In this document: positions 8,968-16,426 of the stretch, piece after piece
Layout: every line of letters begins with the position of its first letter
Position numbering within the stretch: position 1 is the first letter of the stretch
NCBI GenBank assembly: GCA_030167145.1
Contig: CP126532.1
Span: 810,001 to 842,000, forward strand
Origin: Ktedonobacterales bacterium
GTDB taxonomy: Bacteria > Chloroflexota > Ktedonobacteria > Ktedonobacterales > JADMIN01
Length of the DNA stretch: 32,000 bases
Direction: 5' to 3'
The notes under the pieces: generated by a model
The model's input: only the letters and a program-made list of their open reading frames with translations
Databases searched by the model: none
What the model was told of the DNA's origin: nothing
Position numbers and translations under genes: made by a program

Positions 8968-10233
8968 ATGACCACGCCAGCGACTTCGCAGAGACGGCCA
9001 CAAGCGCCTATCGCGCCGGAGATTCCTGAACGTATACAGCGTGTGGGCAAAGCACTGGTCGCCCCTCTCGCGTCAGTTCTCTTTGCGTTTGCGGTCGGCG
9101 CGATTATTATCCTGTTCTCTGGGGGCAATCCAATTGAGGCCTACCAGGGCCTATTCTGTGGTGGGCTGGGGGTGTTCTGCACTGGCGACACCTATGGTTC
9201 CGTCGCGGCTCCGTACCGAATTTCGGAAACGCTGGTCTTTACCACACCGCTGATTCTTACCGGATTTTCCGTGGCTATCGCCTTTCGTGCCGGCCTCTTC
9301 AATATTGGCGGCGAAGGGCAGCTCATCATGGGTGCGATTAGTTCCGCTGTGGTGGGAATTCACTTCGCAACCTGGCCAGGGTGGCTGTTGCTGCCAGCGA
9401 CATTGCTTGCCGGTATTCTCGGCGGAGCGGTATGGGGTGGTATCGTCGGTGTGCTCAAAGCGTATACCGGCGCGCATGAGGTGGTGACGACCATCATGCT
9501 CAACTATGTGGCGATCTTTTTTCTCCAGTATCTCGTCACAGGGGGACCGCTGCAACTACCGGGGCAGACGCAGGTTTCGCCACCGATTGGCGTAGGCGCC
9601 AATCTACCGAAACTATTTCCTCAGGCAGCGCAGGTTTTTGGCCTGCCCGGAAGTGTGTATCGGGTGCATACCGGAATCTTCATTGCGCTCATCTGCGCGG
9701 GTATTTTCTACTTTTTGCTGATGCGCACAACGCTTGGTTATGAGATCCGCGCGGTGGGGCAGAGCCAGCGTGCCGCCCGCTATGCAGGGGTAAGCGCGCA
9801 GCGCACGATTGTCAAGACGATGTTGATCGCCGGAGCCTTTGCCGGGCTGGCGGGCGCGATCCAGACGACGGGCATCTATCATAATCTGCCCATCGGCTAT
9901 CAGAATGATACGACGGGCTTCGATGCGATTGGTGTGGCGCTGCTCGGCCAGAACTCTGCGATTGGCGTGATCCTCTCGGCAATTCTCTTTGCTGCGCTCC
10001 ATGTCGGTAGCTCTGTGATGCAGAGCAATGCGGGCGTTCCCGCAAGTCTCGTCGCGATGCTCCAGGGGTTGATTCTCTTTAGTATCGCGGCAAATTTCCT
10101 CCGCTCGATGAAGCTGCGTTTGCCCGCTCTGCGCCAAGCGCCAGTTGGGACTGCTCCGCTGCCGCCGGGTGTGGCCGCGATAGAGACTGAGATGGACTCA
10201 TCCGCCGAATTGGATACGGACGTGAAAGCCTGA
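8968..10233 (+). CDS. ABC transporter permease (BMP/nucleoside-type, NupP/YufP-like)
   Basis: 421-aa polytopic membrane protein in the operon. GAGGGAG Shine-Dalgarno sits 7 nt upstream. Sequence is typical of this permease family: FNIGGEGQLIMGA, GYEIRAVGQSQRAARYAGV. Confidence 0.85.
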   Translation: MTTPATSQRRPQAPIAPEIPERIQRVGKALVAPLASVLFAFAVGAIIILFSGGNPIEAYQGLFCGGLGVFCTGDTYGSVAAPYRISETLVFTTPLILTGFSVAIAFRAGLFNIGGEGQLIMGAISSAVVGIHFATWPGWLLLPATLLAGILGGAVWGGIVGVLKAYTGAHEVVTTIMLNYVAIFFLQYLVTGGPLQLPGQTQVSPPIGVGANLPKLFPQAAQVFGLPGSVYRVHTGIFIALICAGIFYFLLMRTTLGYEIRAVGQSQRAARYAGVSAQRTIVKTMLIAGAFAGLAGAIQTTGIYHNLPIGYQNDTTGFDAIGVALLGQNSAIGVILSAILFAALHVGSSVMQSNAGVPASLVAMLQGLILFSIAANFLRSMKLRLPALRQAPVGTAPLPPGVAAIETEMDSSAELDTDVKA

Positions 10234-10252
10234 GCGGCTGGAGGAATATGCC

Positions 10253-11203
10253 ATGAACGCGGTACTGCAAATCTTGGGGCTGTTTTTCACCGCTGGCCTC
10301 TGGCAACTTGCGCTTGAGTTGGGGGCGCTGCTGTTGCTGCCCGCGCTAGGGGGCACCATTTCCGAGCGCAGCGGTGTGGTCAACATTGCCATGGAAGGCA
10401 TGATGCTCACTGGCGCGTTTACGGCGGTGGTGACTGACCTGGTGTGGCACAATGCGTTGCTGGCGACGCTGGCCGCTGCCATATCAGGTGGGTTGATGGC
10501 GCTGATCCATGCGGTCGTCTCGATTCGCTTCCGGGCCGACCAGATTATCAGCGGTTTTGCTATCAACATCTTCGCGTTCGGATTGACGACGTTCCTGATA
10601 GACAAAATGACCAACTTTCAGGGAGCGGCGCATGTCCCCCAGGCGTACACGCTACCGGTGATCACGGTGCCCGTGTTATCGAATATTCCGTTTCTGGGAC
10701 AGGTGCTCTTCCAGCAGAATATCATGGTGTATGTTGCGCTGGCGCTGCTGGTGGGGATGAACATCATGCTGTTTCGCACGCGCCTGGGTCTGCGAATCCG
10801 GGCGGTTGGCGAGCATCCACAGGCGGCGGATACCGCTGGCATCAACGTCTATACGCTTCGCTACGGTGCGGTCATCGCAAGCGGGCTGCTCTCAGGCTTG
10901 GGCGGCGCGTTTCTCTCAATTGGCATCAACAATGTGTTCCTCCCTAACATGACCGATGGCGCTGGCTACATTGCCCTTGCGGCGATGATCTTCGGCAAGT
11001 GGAAGCCGTTTGGCGCATTCGTGGCTTGCATGATCTTCGGCATCGGCGAGGCCATCTACGCCAACAACTCGACCATCCATATCTCGCAGTACTTGCTCAA
11101 TACGCTGCCGTACATTCTGACAATTGTGGTGCTGGCGGCATTTGTCGGCAAGAGCGCAGCGCCGGCCGCCGATGGTTTGCCGTATGAGCCAGGCGTGGAA
11201 TAA
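10253..11203 (+). CDS. ABC transporter permease (BMP/nucleoside-type, NupQ/YufQ-like)
   Basis: 316-aa polytopic membrane protein with a GGAGGA Shine-Dalgarno. Contains SERSGVVNIAMEGMML and GLRIRAVGEHPQAADTAGINV. Confidence 0.85.
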   Translation: MNAVLQILGLFFTAGLWQLALELGALLLLPALGGTISERSGVVNIAMEGMMLTGAFTAVVTDLVWHNALLATLAAAISGGLMALIHAVVSIRFRADQIISGFAINIFAFGLTTFLIDKMTNFQGAAHVPQAYTLPVITVPVLSNIPFLGQVLFQQNIMVYVALALLVGMNIMLFRTRLGLRIRAVGEHPQAADTAGINVYTLRYGAVIASGLLSGLGGAFLSIGINNVFLPNMTDGAGYIALAAMIFGKWKPFGAFVACMIFGIGEAIYANNSTIHISQYLLNTLPYILTIVVLAAFVGKSAAPAADGLPYEPGVE

Positions 11204-11215
11204 GGGGAAGCGCAG

Positions 11216-12790
11216 ATGAGCACAGAGATTCGCGAAAAGGGTGCGTGGCCGGCAAGTGAGCAGCAACCACTTGCCGTGGAGATGCGCGAGATCACCAAGA
11301 CCTGGCCGGGCGTCGTCGCGGATGACCGCGTCCACTTTGATGTTCGCAAAGGCGAAATCCACGCGCTCATCGGTGAGAACGGCGCGGGCAAATCCACCCT
11401 GATGAATATCCTATATGGGTTGTTGCACGCGGACTCTGGCACGATCAGCATCAACGGCCAGCCCGCACAGATTCGCGGTCCACGAGATGCCATTGCGCTG
11501 GGCATTGGTATGGTGCATCAGCATTTCATGCTGATTCCCGTGCTGACGGTGGGTGAGAATATCGTGCTGGGGCGCGAGCCGGTCACCAATGGCGACTTCT
11601 ATGATCGGTCGGGCGCGAGCCAACGGATTCACGATATTTCGAGCCGCTACGGGCTGAGCATTGATCCGAACACGCGCACGGGCGATCTGCCAGTGGGGTT
11701 GCAGCAACGCGTCGAAATCCTGAAGGTGCTGTATCGCGGCGCGGATATTCTGATTCTCGATGAGCCGACAGGAGTGCTGACGCCACAGGAAACGCAAGAT
11801 CTCTTTGTGGTGTTGCGCGAATTGGTGAAGCAAGGTAAAACAATCATCTTCATCAGCCATAAGCTGCGCGAGGTATTGGAAATCTCGGATCGGGTGACGG
11901 TGCTGCGGCGGGGCAAGGTGATCGGAACTGTGCCAACGAAGGAGACGAGCGAGGAGCAACTAGCGCGCATGATGGTCGGACGTGATGTGCTGCTGCGCGT
12001 GGATAAGCAACCTGCAAAACCAGGACAGGTGGCGTTGCGGGTCGAGCATCTCAATGTCAAGAATGAGCGTGACCTGCCCGCGGTGCGCGATCTTTCGTTG
12101 GAATTGCGGTCGGGCGAGATTCTTGGTATCGCAGGGGTCGAGGGTAACGGCCAGAGCGAGTTGGTGGAGGCGCTGGCGGGTACACGCCCGGTGGCGAGCG
12201 GGCATATCTGGGTAGGTGATAAGGAGATCACCAATAGTGGCGCGCGCAAGACGCGCAAGGCAGGCATGGGGCATATCCCCGAAGACCGGCGTGGCACGGG
12301 GTTGGTGCTGAACTATTCCATTGCCGACAATATGATCTTTGGGCGACAGCGCGACACGGCGTTTTCGTGGCGTGGGTTCGTGCTGTTGCTGAGCAGCATC
12401 TTTTCGTGGGCGAAGCGTCTCATCGCGCAGTATGACGTGCGCACGCCATCGGCCGAGACGCCCGCACGCGCGCTCTCTGGAGGCAACCAGCAGAAGGTGA
12501 TCGTGGCGCGGGAACTGGGCAGCCAGCCACGGGTGCTGCTGGCGTCGCAGCCGACACGCGGCGTGGACATCGGCGCGATTGAGTTTATTCACCGGCAACT
12601 TGTGGCGCAACGCGACACAGGCGCAGCAATCCTGCTCGTCTCGGCTGAGCTAGAGGAAATCCGGTCGTTGTCAGATCGTATTGCGGTGCTGTATGAGGGG
12701 CAGATCGTGAGCATGGAGTCGCCAGAGGTTTCGGAAGAGCGGCTGGGCTTGTTGATGACGGGTGGAGGGACACGCACGGCGCAGGGATAG
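11216..12790 (+). CDS. ABC transporter ATP-binding protein with duplicated ATPase domains (NupO/YufO-like)
   Basis: Walker [10 protein letters not shown]. Signature or degenerate signature sequences [11 protein letters not shown] and LSGGNQQKV. Walker B ILILDEPT and [11 protein letters not shown]. 524 aa. Confidence 0.9.
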   Translation: MSTEIREKGAWPASEQQPLAVEMREITKTWPGVVADDRVHFDVRKGEIHALIGENGAGKSTLMNILYGLLHADSGTISINGQPAQIRGPRDAIALGIGMVHQHFMLIPVLTVGENIVLGREPVTNGDFYDRSGASQRIHDISSRYGLSIDPNTRTGDLPVGLQQRVEILKVLYRGADILILDEPTGVLTPQETQDLFVVLRELVKQGKTIIFISHKLREVLEISDRVTVLRRGKVIGTVPTKETSEEQLARMMVGRDVLLRVDKQPAKPGQVALRVEHLNVKNERDLPAVRDLSLELRSGEILGIAGVEGNGQSELVEALAGTRPVASGHIWVGDKEITNSGARKTRKAGMGHIPEDRRGTGLVLNYSIADNMIFGRQRDTAFSWRGFVLLLSSIFSWAKRLIAQYDVRTPSAETPARALSGGNQQKVIVARELGSQPRVLLASQPTRGVDIGAIEFIHRQLVAQRDTGAAILLVSAELEEIRSLSDRIAVLYEGQIVSMESPEVSEERLGLLMTGGGTRTAQG

Positions 12791-12802
12791 CACGGGCGAC
12801 CA

Positions 12803-12826
12803 CGGGCGTCCGGCGGACGCCCCTAC
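12803..12826. repeat. Palindromic GC-rich intergenic element, copy 1 (REP-like / bidirectional terminator hairpin)
   Basis: CGGGCGTCCG-G-CGGACGCCCCTAC. It is 23/24 identical to 22907-22930. It lies between the convergent ABC ATPase and transketolase genes. Confidence 0.6.
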
Positions 12827-12849
12827 GGGCATGGAGACAACGGGGCGGG

Positions 12850-12884
12850 TGTCTGGGCAACTGAGGAAGGTCGCCCAGACATTT
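12850..12884 (+). terminator. Candidate intrinsic terminator after the ABC operon
   Basis: TGTCTGGGC-(14-nt loop)-GCCCAGACA forms a 9-bp stem followed by TTT. Confidence 0.4.
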
Positions 12885-12913
12885 GCACGAGGGATGTGCG
12901 CCTAACAGGGATG

Positions 12914-14773
12914 TTAGCTCGCGAAGGCTTTGACGGCGGCGACGATGTGACGGGCGCTGATGCCAGCGGCATCAAGGAGTTCATCGGGCTTGCCGGAGCC
13001 GGGCATGTCGCGGACGGCGAGCTTGGTGATGCTGGGAAGCGCGCTGGTGCGTGGGTGCTGCTCATCGCCGGAGAACGCTTCAAGCACGGCGTCGCCGAGG
13101 CCACCCTCGATCCAGTGGTCTTCGACGGTGATGATGCGGCCGCCGGTGGCCTGGGCCGCCTGCTGGAGCGTGGCAGCGTCAATCGGCTTGACAGAATAGG
13201 CGTCTATCACGCGGATGGCGACGCCTTCGGTCTGCAACTGGTCATAGGCTTTGAGCGCTTCGTGGACGGTGATGCCTGCGGCGACGACGGTGACGCGGTC
13301 GCTAGCGGATTGGCGAAGGACTTTGCTGCCGCCGACGGGGAAGGCGCTGTCGGCATTGTAGAGAATGGGCGTCTTCTCGCGGGTGGTACGTAGATAGGAG
13401 ATGCCCGTGTAGTCGGCCATGCTGGCGACGAGGTGGGCCGTTTGGTTGGCGTCGCAGGGGTAGAGGACGATGCTGCCAAAAACGGCGCGCATCATGGCGA
13501 GGTCTTCGAGGGCCATCTGCGAGGGGCCATCTTCGCCGATGGAGACGCCGGCATGCGAGCCGCAGAGTTTGATGTTGGCGCGAGAGATGGCGGCCATGCG
13601 GATAAAGTCATAGGCGCGGGAGAAGAAGGCGGCGAAGGTGGAGGCGAAGGCTTCGTAGCCGCGCACGCCAAGACCAACAGCGGAACTGACCAACTGCTGC
13701 TCGGCGATGTATTGCTCGAAGTAACGGTCGGGGAAGGCTTTGGCGAAGATTTCGGCGAAGGTGGAGTTGCTGACCTCGCCATCTACGGCGACGACATCAG
13801 GGCGGGCTGCGCCAAGCGCCTTGAGAGCGTCGCCATACGCCTGGCGGGTGGCGACGGAGGCGCTGGCATCGTAGGTGGGAAGTTGGAGCGGCTGAGGCGC
13901 GGGCCGGGGCGCGGGCTGCGCAGGTTCGGGTTTGTGGAGGTCTATGTGGATGTGGCGCTCGCCGCCGAGGCCAGCGATGGCGCGCTGGGCCATGTCCGCC
14001 GGGAAGGGTTTGCCGTGCCAGCCGTTCTGGTTCTCGACTTCGGGGAAGCCTTTGCCTTTGACGGTGCGGGCGATGATGAGCGTGGGCCGGTCGGTCTGGC
14101 GGCGGGCCTCCTGATAGGCGGCGCTGATCTGTTCGACGTTGTGGCCGTCAATCTCGATGGGATGCCAGCCGAAGGAGCGTGCGCGAGCGGCGTAGGCGTC
14201 GCCGTTCCAGCCGAGCATGGTTTCGCCGCGCTGGCCCAGGCGATTCATATCCAGAATGCCGACGATGTTGTTGAGTTTGTAGTGAGCGGCAAGCTCCAGG
14301 GCTTCGTAGATTGAGCCTTCGGACATCTCGCTATCGCCCAGGAGCACCCAGATGTGGTAAGGGAGCTTGTCGAGATATTTGCCCGCGAGTGCGACGCCGA
14401 CGGAGATGGGCAATCCCTGGCCTAGCGAGCCAGTGGCGACATCCACATAGGGCAGCAGCGGCACAGGGTGGCCTTCGATGCGGCTGCCGAACTGGCGCAG
14501 GGTCATCATTTCGTCATCGGAGATGGCGCCGATGGCCTTGTACATCGCATAGAGCAGGGGCGCGGCGTGGCCCTTGGAGAAGATGAGGTGGTCGTTGGTG
14601 GGATTCTTGGGGTTGCCCACGTCGTAGTGGAACTCTTCATAGAGGAGAACAGCCATGAGGTCAGCCGCGGACATGGATGAGGTCGGGTGACCGGACCCGG
14701 CTTTGGTGGTAGCGCGAATGCTATCTACGCGGAGTTGCTGGGCGAGTTCGTGCCATTGTTGCGGTGTTGCCAT
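12914..14773 (-). CDS. tkt: Transketolase, short (~620-aa) animal-type / fused N+C form
   Basis: The real start is ATG 14773, preceded by GGAGGAGAACACC. Motifs: GSGHPTSSMSAADLMAVL, DVATGSLGQGL, LGDSEMSEGSIYEA, NRLGQRG, FGWH, WHGKP. The upstream 234 aa of the 853-aa track ORF is Arg-rich off-frame sequence that overlaps two better ORFs. Confidence 0.9.
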   Translation of the reverse strand: MATPQQWHELAQQLRVDSIRATTKAGSGHPTSSMSAADLMAVLLYEEFHYDVGNPKNPTNDHLIFSKGHAAPLLYAMYKAIGAISDDEMMTLRQFGSRIEGHPVPLLPYVDVATGSLGQGLPISVGVALAGKYLDKLPYHIWVLLGDSEMSEGSIYEALELAAHYKLNNIVGILDMNRLGQRGETMLGWNGDAYAARARSFGWHPIEIDGHNVEQISAAYQEARRQTDRPTLIIARTVKGKGFPEVENQNGWHGKPFPADMAQRAIAGLGGERHIHIDLHKPEPAQPAPRPAPQPLQLPTYDASASVATRQAYGDALKALGAARPDVVAVDGEVSNSTFAEIFAKAFPDRYFEQYIAEQQLVSSAVGLGVRGYEAFASTFAAFFSRAYDFIRMAAISRANIKLCGSHAGVSIGEDGPSQMALEDLAMMRAVFGSIVLYPCDANQTAHLVASMADYTGISYLRTTREKTPILYNADSAFPVGGSKVLRQSASDRVTVVAAGITVHEALKAYDQLQTEGVAIRVIDAYSVKPIDAATLQQAAQATGGRIITVEDHWIEGGLGDAVLEAFSGDEQHPRTSALPSITKLAVRDMPGSGKPDELLDAAGISARHIVAAVKAFAS

Positions 14774-14787
14774 GGTGTTCTCCTCCG

Positions 14788-15249
14788 TTACGTATTGCTT
14801 GATGTATTGTGTGCGCGGTCGGGCGCGCCAGATGGTGCTTCCGTGGAAGATGGCTCGCCGGTCTGACGGCGCAGCGTGCGTGCCAGGACGCCGGGCAGGT
14901 CGCTGGCAAGCCGCGAGTTGGCGATGACGCTGGTCGCGCCCGCCTGACGAGCGGCCTCTTGGATGGCGAGGTCTACGTGCGAGCCAAAGGCGATGACGGG
15001 CACGTGTGCGGCACGTGCGGCGCTGATGGCGGCGCGCCAATCGAGGTTGCGGGCGGCGGTGTTGACCAGCGCGACGACGGGTTGTTCGGCGGTGAGTGCG
15101 GCGGCGAAATCGTCGGTGCGGCGGCAGGTGCGCGTGGTGTAGCCCACGTGCTTGAGGGTGTCGGTGATCTTGACCGAGAAAAAGAGGTCGGTATCGAGCA
15201 GCAACGCACGATTGGTATGCTGTTCGGTGGTCGTCTGGTCGTGCGACAC
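14788..15249 (-). CDS. Receiver-domain-like protein lacking the phospho-acceptor Asp (pseudo-receiver)
   Basis: 153 aa. ALLLDTDLFFSVKI...VVALVNTAAR...PVIAFGSHVD...GATSVIANSRL follows the alternating beta/alpha pattern of CheY-like domains. It has Asn where the phosphorylated Asp is expected, and no conserved Lys-Pro. It ends 14 nt upstream of the tkt start. Confidence 0.6.
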   Translation of the reverse strand: MSHDQTTTEQHTNRALLLDTDLFFSVKITDTLKHVGYTTRTCRRTDDFAAALTAEQPVVALVNTAARNLDWRAAISAARAAHVPVIAFGSHVDLAIQEAARQAGATSVIANSRLASDLPGVLARTLRRQTGEPSSTEAPSGAPDRAHNTSSNT

Positions 15250-15261
15250 GGCTCTGCCCTC

Positions 15262-15771
15262 TTAGTCGTCGGAGCGCTCGTGGATAGGGCGCTTGAATTG
15301 CTCGGCTAGCTCGTGGTTGATGACGCCGACGTTGCGCCATAGCTCTGGCGGATAGACGTGGTGGCCGCCACGACAATAGCTCTGGGAGCAGGGGCGCTCG
15401 TGATTGGTGGCGAAGACGAGATTGTCGCCTTCGACGGTGATCCAGATGTGCTTGCGAGAGTAGCCGTCGCCCCATTTGAGGAGCATGCCGTCGTTGTATT
15501 CATCGAAGCGACCGAGACCGTAGAGATAGTCGCGGTTGAACTTGTTGAGGATGTCGCGGACGTGACTCGCATCCACGATCTGCTCGACGTGTGGGGCCAT
15601 GTGGGTGGTGGCCTGCTCGTCGAGGTCTTCCTGGGGGATGGTAAGCTGGCGGTGCGATCCCTGTGCTTCGCGAATCATGTCGGTGATGTCTTGCGCTTCG
15701 TCATTGCTGAGTGAGCGCGGCTGGCCAAGAATATTCGGTTTGCGCATGCTGGCGTCGTCGCGGTTGCCCAT
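15262..15771 (-). CDS. Hypothetical protein (169 aa), no family recognised
   Basis: I trimmed ORF 15262..15852 to ATG 15771, with aaagg 9 nt upstream. ATG 15747 is an alternative. Amino-acid composition looks like real protein: YLYGLGRFDEYNDGMLLKWGDGYSRKHIWITVEGDNLVFATNHERPCSQSYCRGGHHVY. It ends 12 nt before the next gene. Confidence 0.55.
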   Translation of the reverse strand: MGNRDDASMRKPNILGQPRSLSNDEAQDITDMIREAQGSHRQLTIPQEDLDEQATTHMAPHVEQIVDASHVRDILNKFNRDYLYGLGRFDEYNDGMLLKWGDGYSRKHIWITVEGDNLVFATNHERPCSQSYCRGGHHVYPPELWRNVGVINHELAEQFKRPIHERSDD

Positions 15772-16354
15772 GCTGGAATACCTTTCACGTCCGGCATGGC
15801 TGGCGGGATGTACGCTGTGCGTCCCTCCGGCATCCGGACAGCACTGTCCCATGTCTCTTGTGAGAGTCTATCACTCAGGCGATGGCATGCGCCAACCAAC
15901 CTCAACCGGAACGCGGCGATGGGTGGCTTGATGGGCGGCTTATAGCACGGGTGGGGCGTTGCCGTGGAGCATATGCCGTGCGCCTTGTTCACGGATGGCG
16001 GAGCGCCGCAAAATCTGTCAGGGTGGAACGGGAAAGCATAGACATAAGGGAACAAGAAGCCCTGGTACTCTTCGCGCCCGCTTGTTGACAGTTCGCTCTT
16101 TTTGCGGCATGCTAATGTGGTTGGGCTGGTGTAGGCGGGTAGCAGATTTCGCATACACAACCTGCGTGCATCGCTGCGAGACATCGGCTCCATCAAGATT
16201 TTATCAAACGTTCGCACCAAGTTTCATGACCCCAGCGCGGGGTGAGAGAGCAATGCTATGTGTGCTTAACCAGGGCGCTCGTGCGTGATCGTCACGCGTG
16301 ACTAGACCGCGAGCCGCCGCCTCTGGCTCAGACACAAGACACTGCGCCGCGTTG

Positions 16355-16388
16355 GGCTGGCTCTCTCCCACATGGAGAGGGGCCAGCC
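16355..16388 (+). other. Strong hairpin 39 nt upstream of the infB start (terminator/attenuator-like)
   Basis: GGCTGGC-T-CTCTCC cacat GGAGAG-GG-GCCAGCC gives 13 bp with a small internal loop, followed by TCGCTTTATAT. Confidence 0.45.
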
Positions 16389-16426
16389 TCGCTTTATATG
16401 GGGTGTCATTCGCGAAGGAGTGTCTC

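Noticed and set aside
13433-14314. 293-aa + strand ORF
   Set aside because: It is antisense to transketolase. It has a Gly/Ala/Asp-rich shadow-ORF composition.
14774-15475. N-terminal 234 aa of the 853-aa ORF 12914..15475 (an extended transketolase)
   Set aside because: The extension is extremely Arg-rich (RRRRQSRLRHQSR...) and overlaps two better ORFs in another frame. A strong GGAGGAG Shine-Dalgarno precedes the internal ATG at 14773, where transketolase homology begins.
16018-16065. GGTGGAACGGGAAAGC...AAGGGAAC...CCCTGG, superficially reminiscent of the cobalamin-riboswitch core
   Set aside because: It lacks the GGTGNAANTCC and B12-box elements and the expected helices. The downstream gene (infB) has no link to cobalamin.
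16085-16118. Consensus -35 TTGACA as a promoter for an sRNA or infB leader
   Set aside because: I did not call it as a feature. The best -10-like hexamers (GCTAAT, TAATGT) are 20-22 nt away, outside the normal 16-18 nt spacing. I mention it only as context in the finding.
15959-16288. 109-aa + ORF and 181-aa minus ORF (15675..16220) in the gap upstream of infB, considered as a nusA or ylxR remnant
   Set aside because: There are no NusA (S1/KH) or YlxR (RxCxxCR) motifs. The products are Cys/Arg/Pro-rich junk-like sequence with no Shine-Dalgarno. I treat the region as non-coding.
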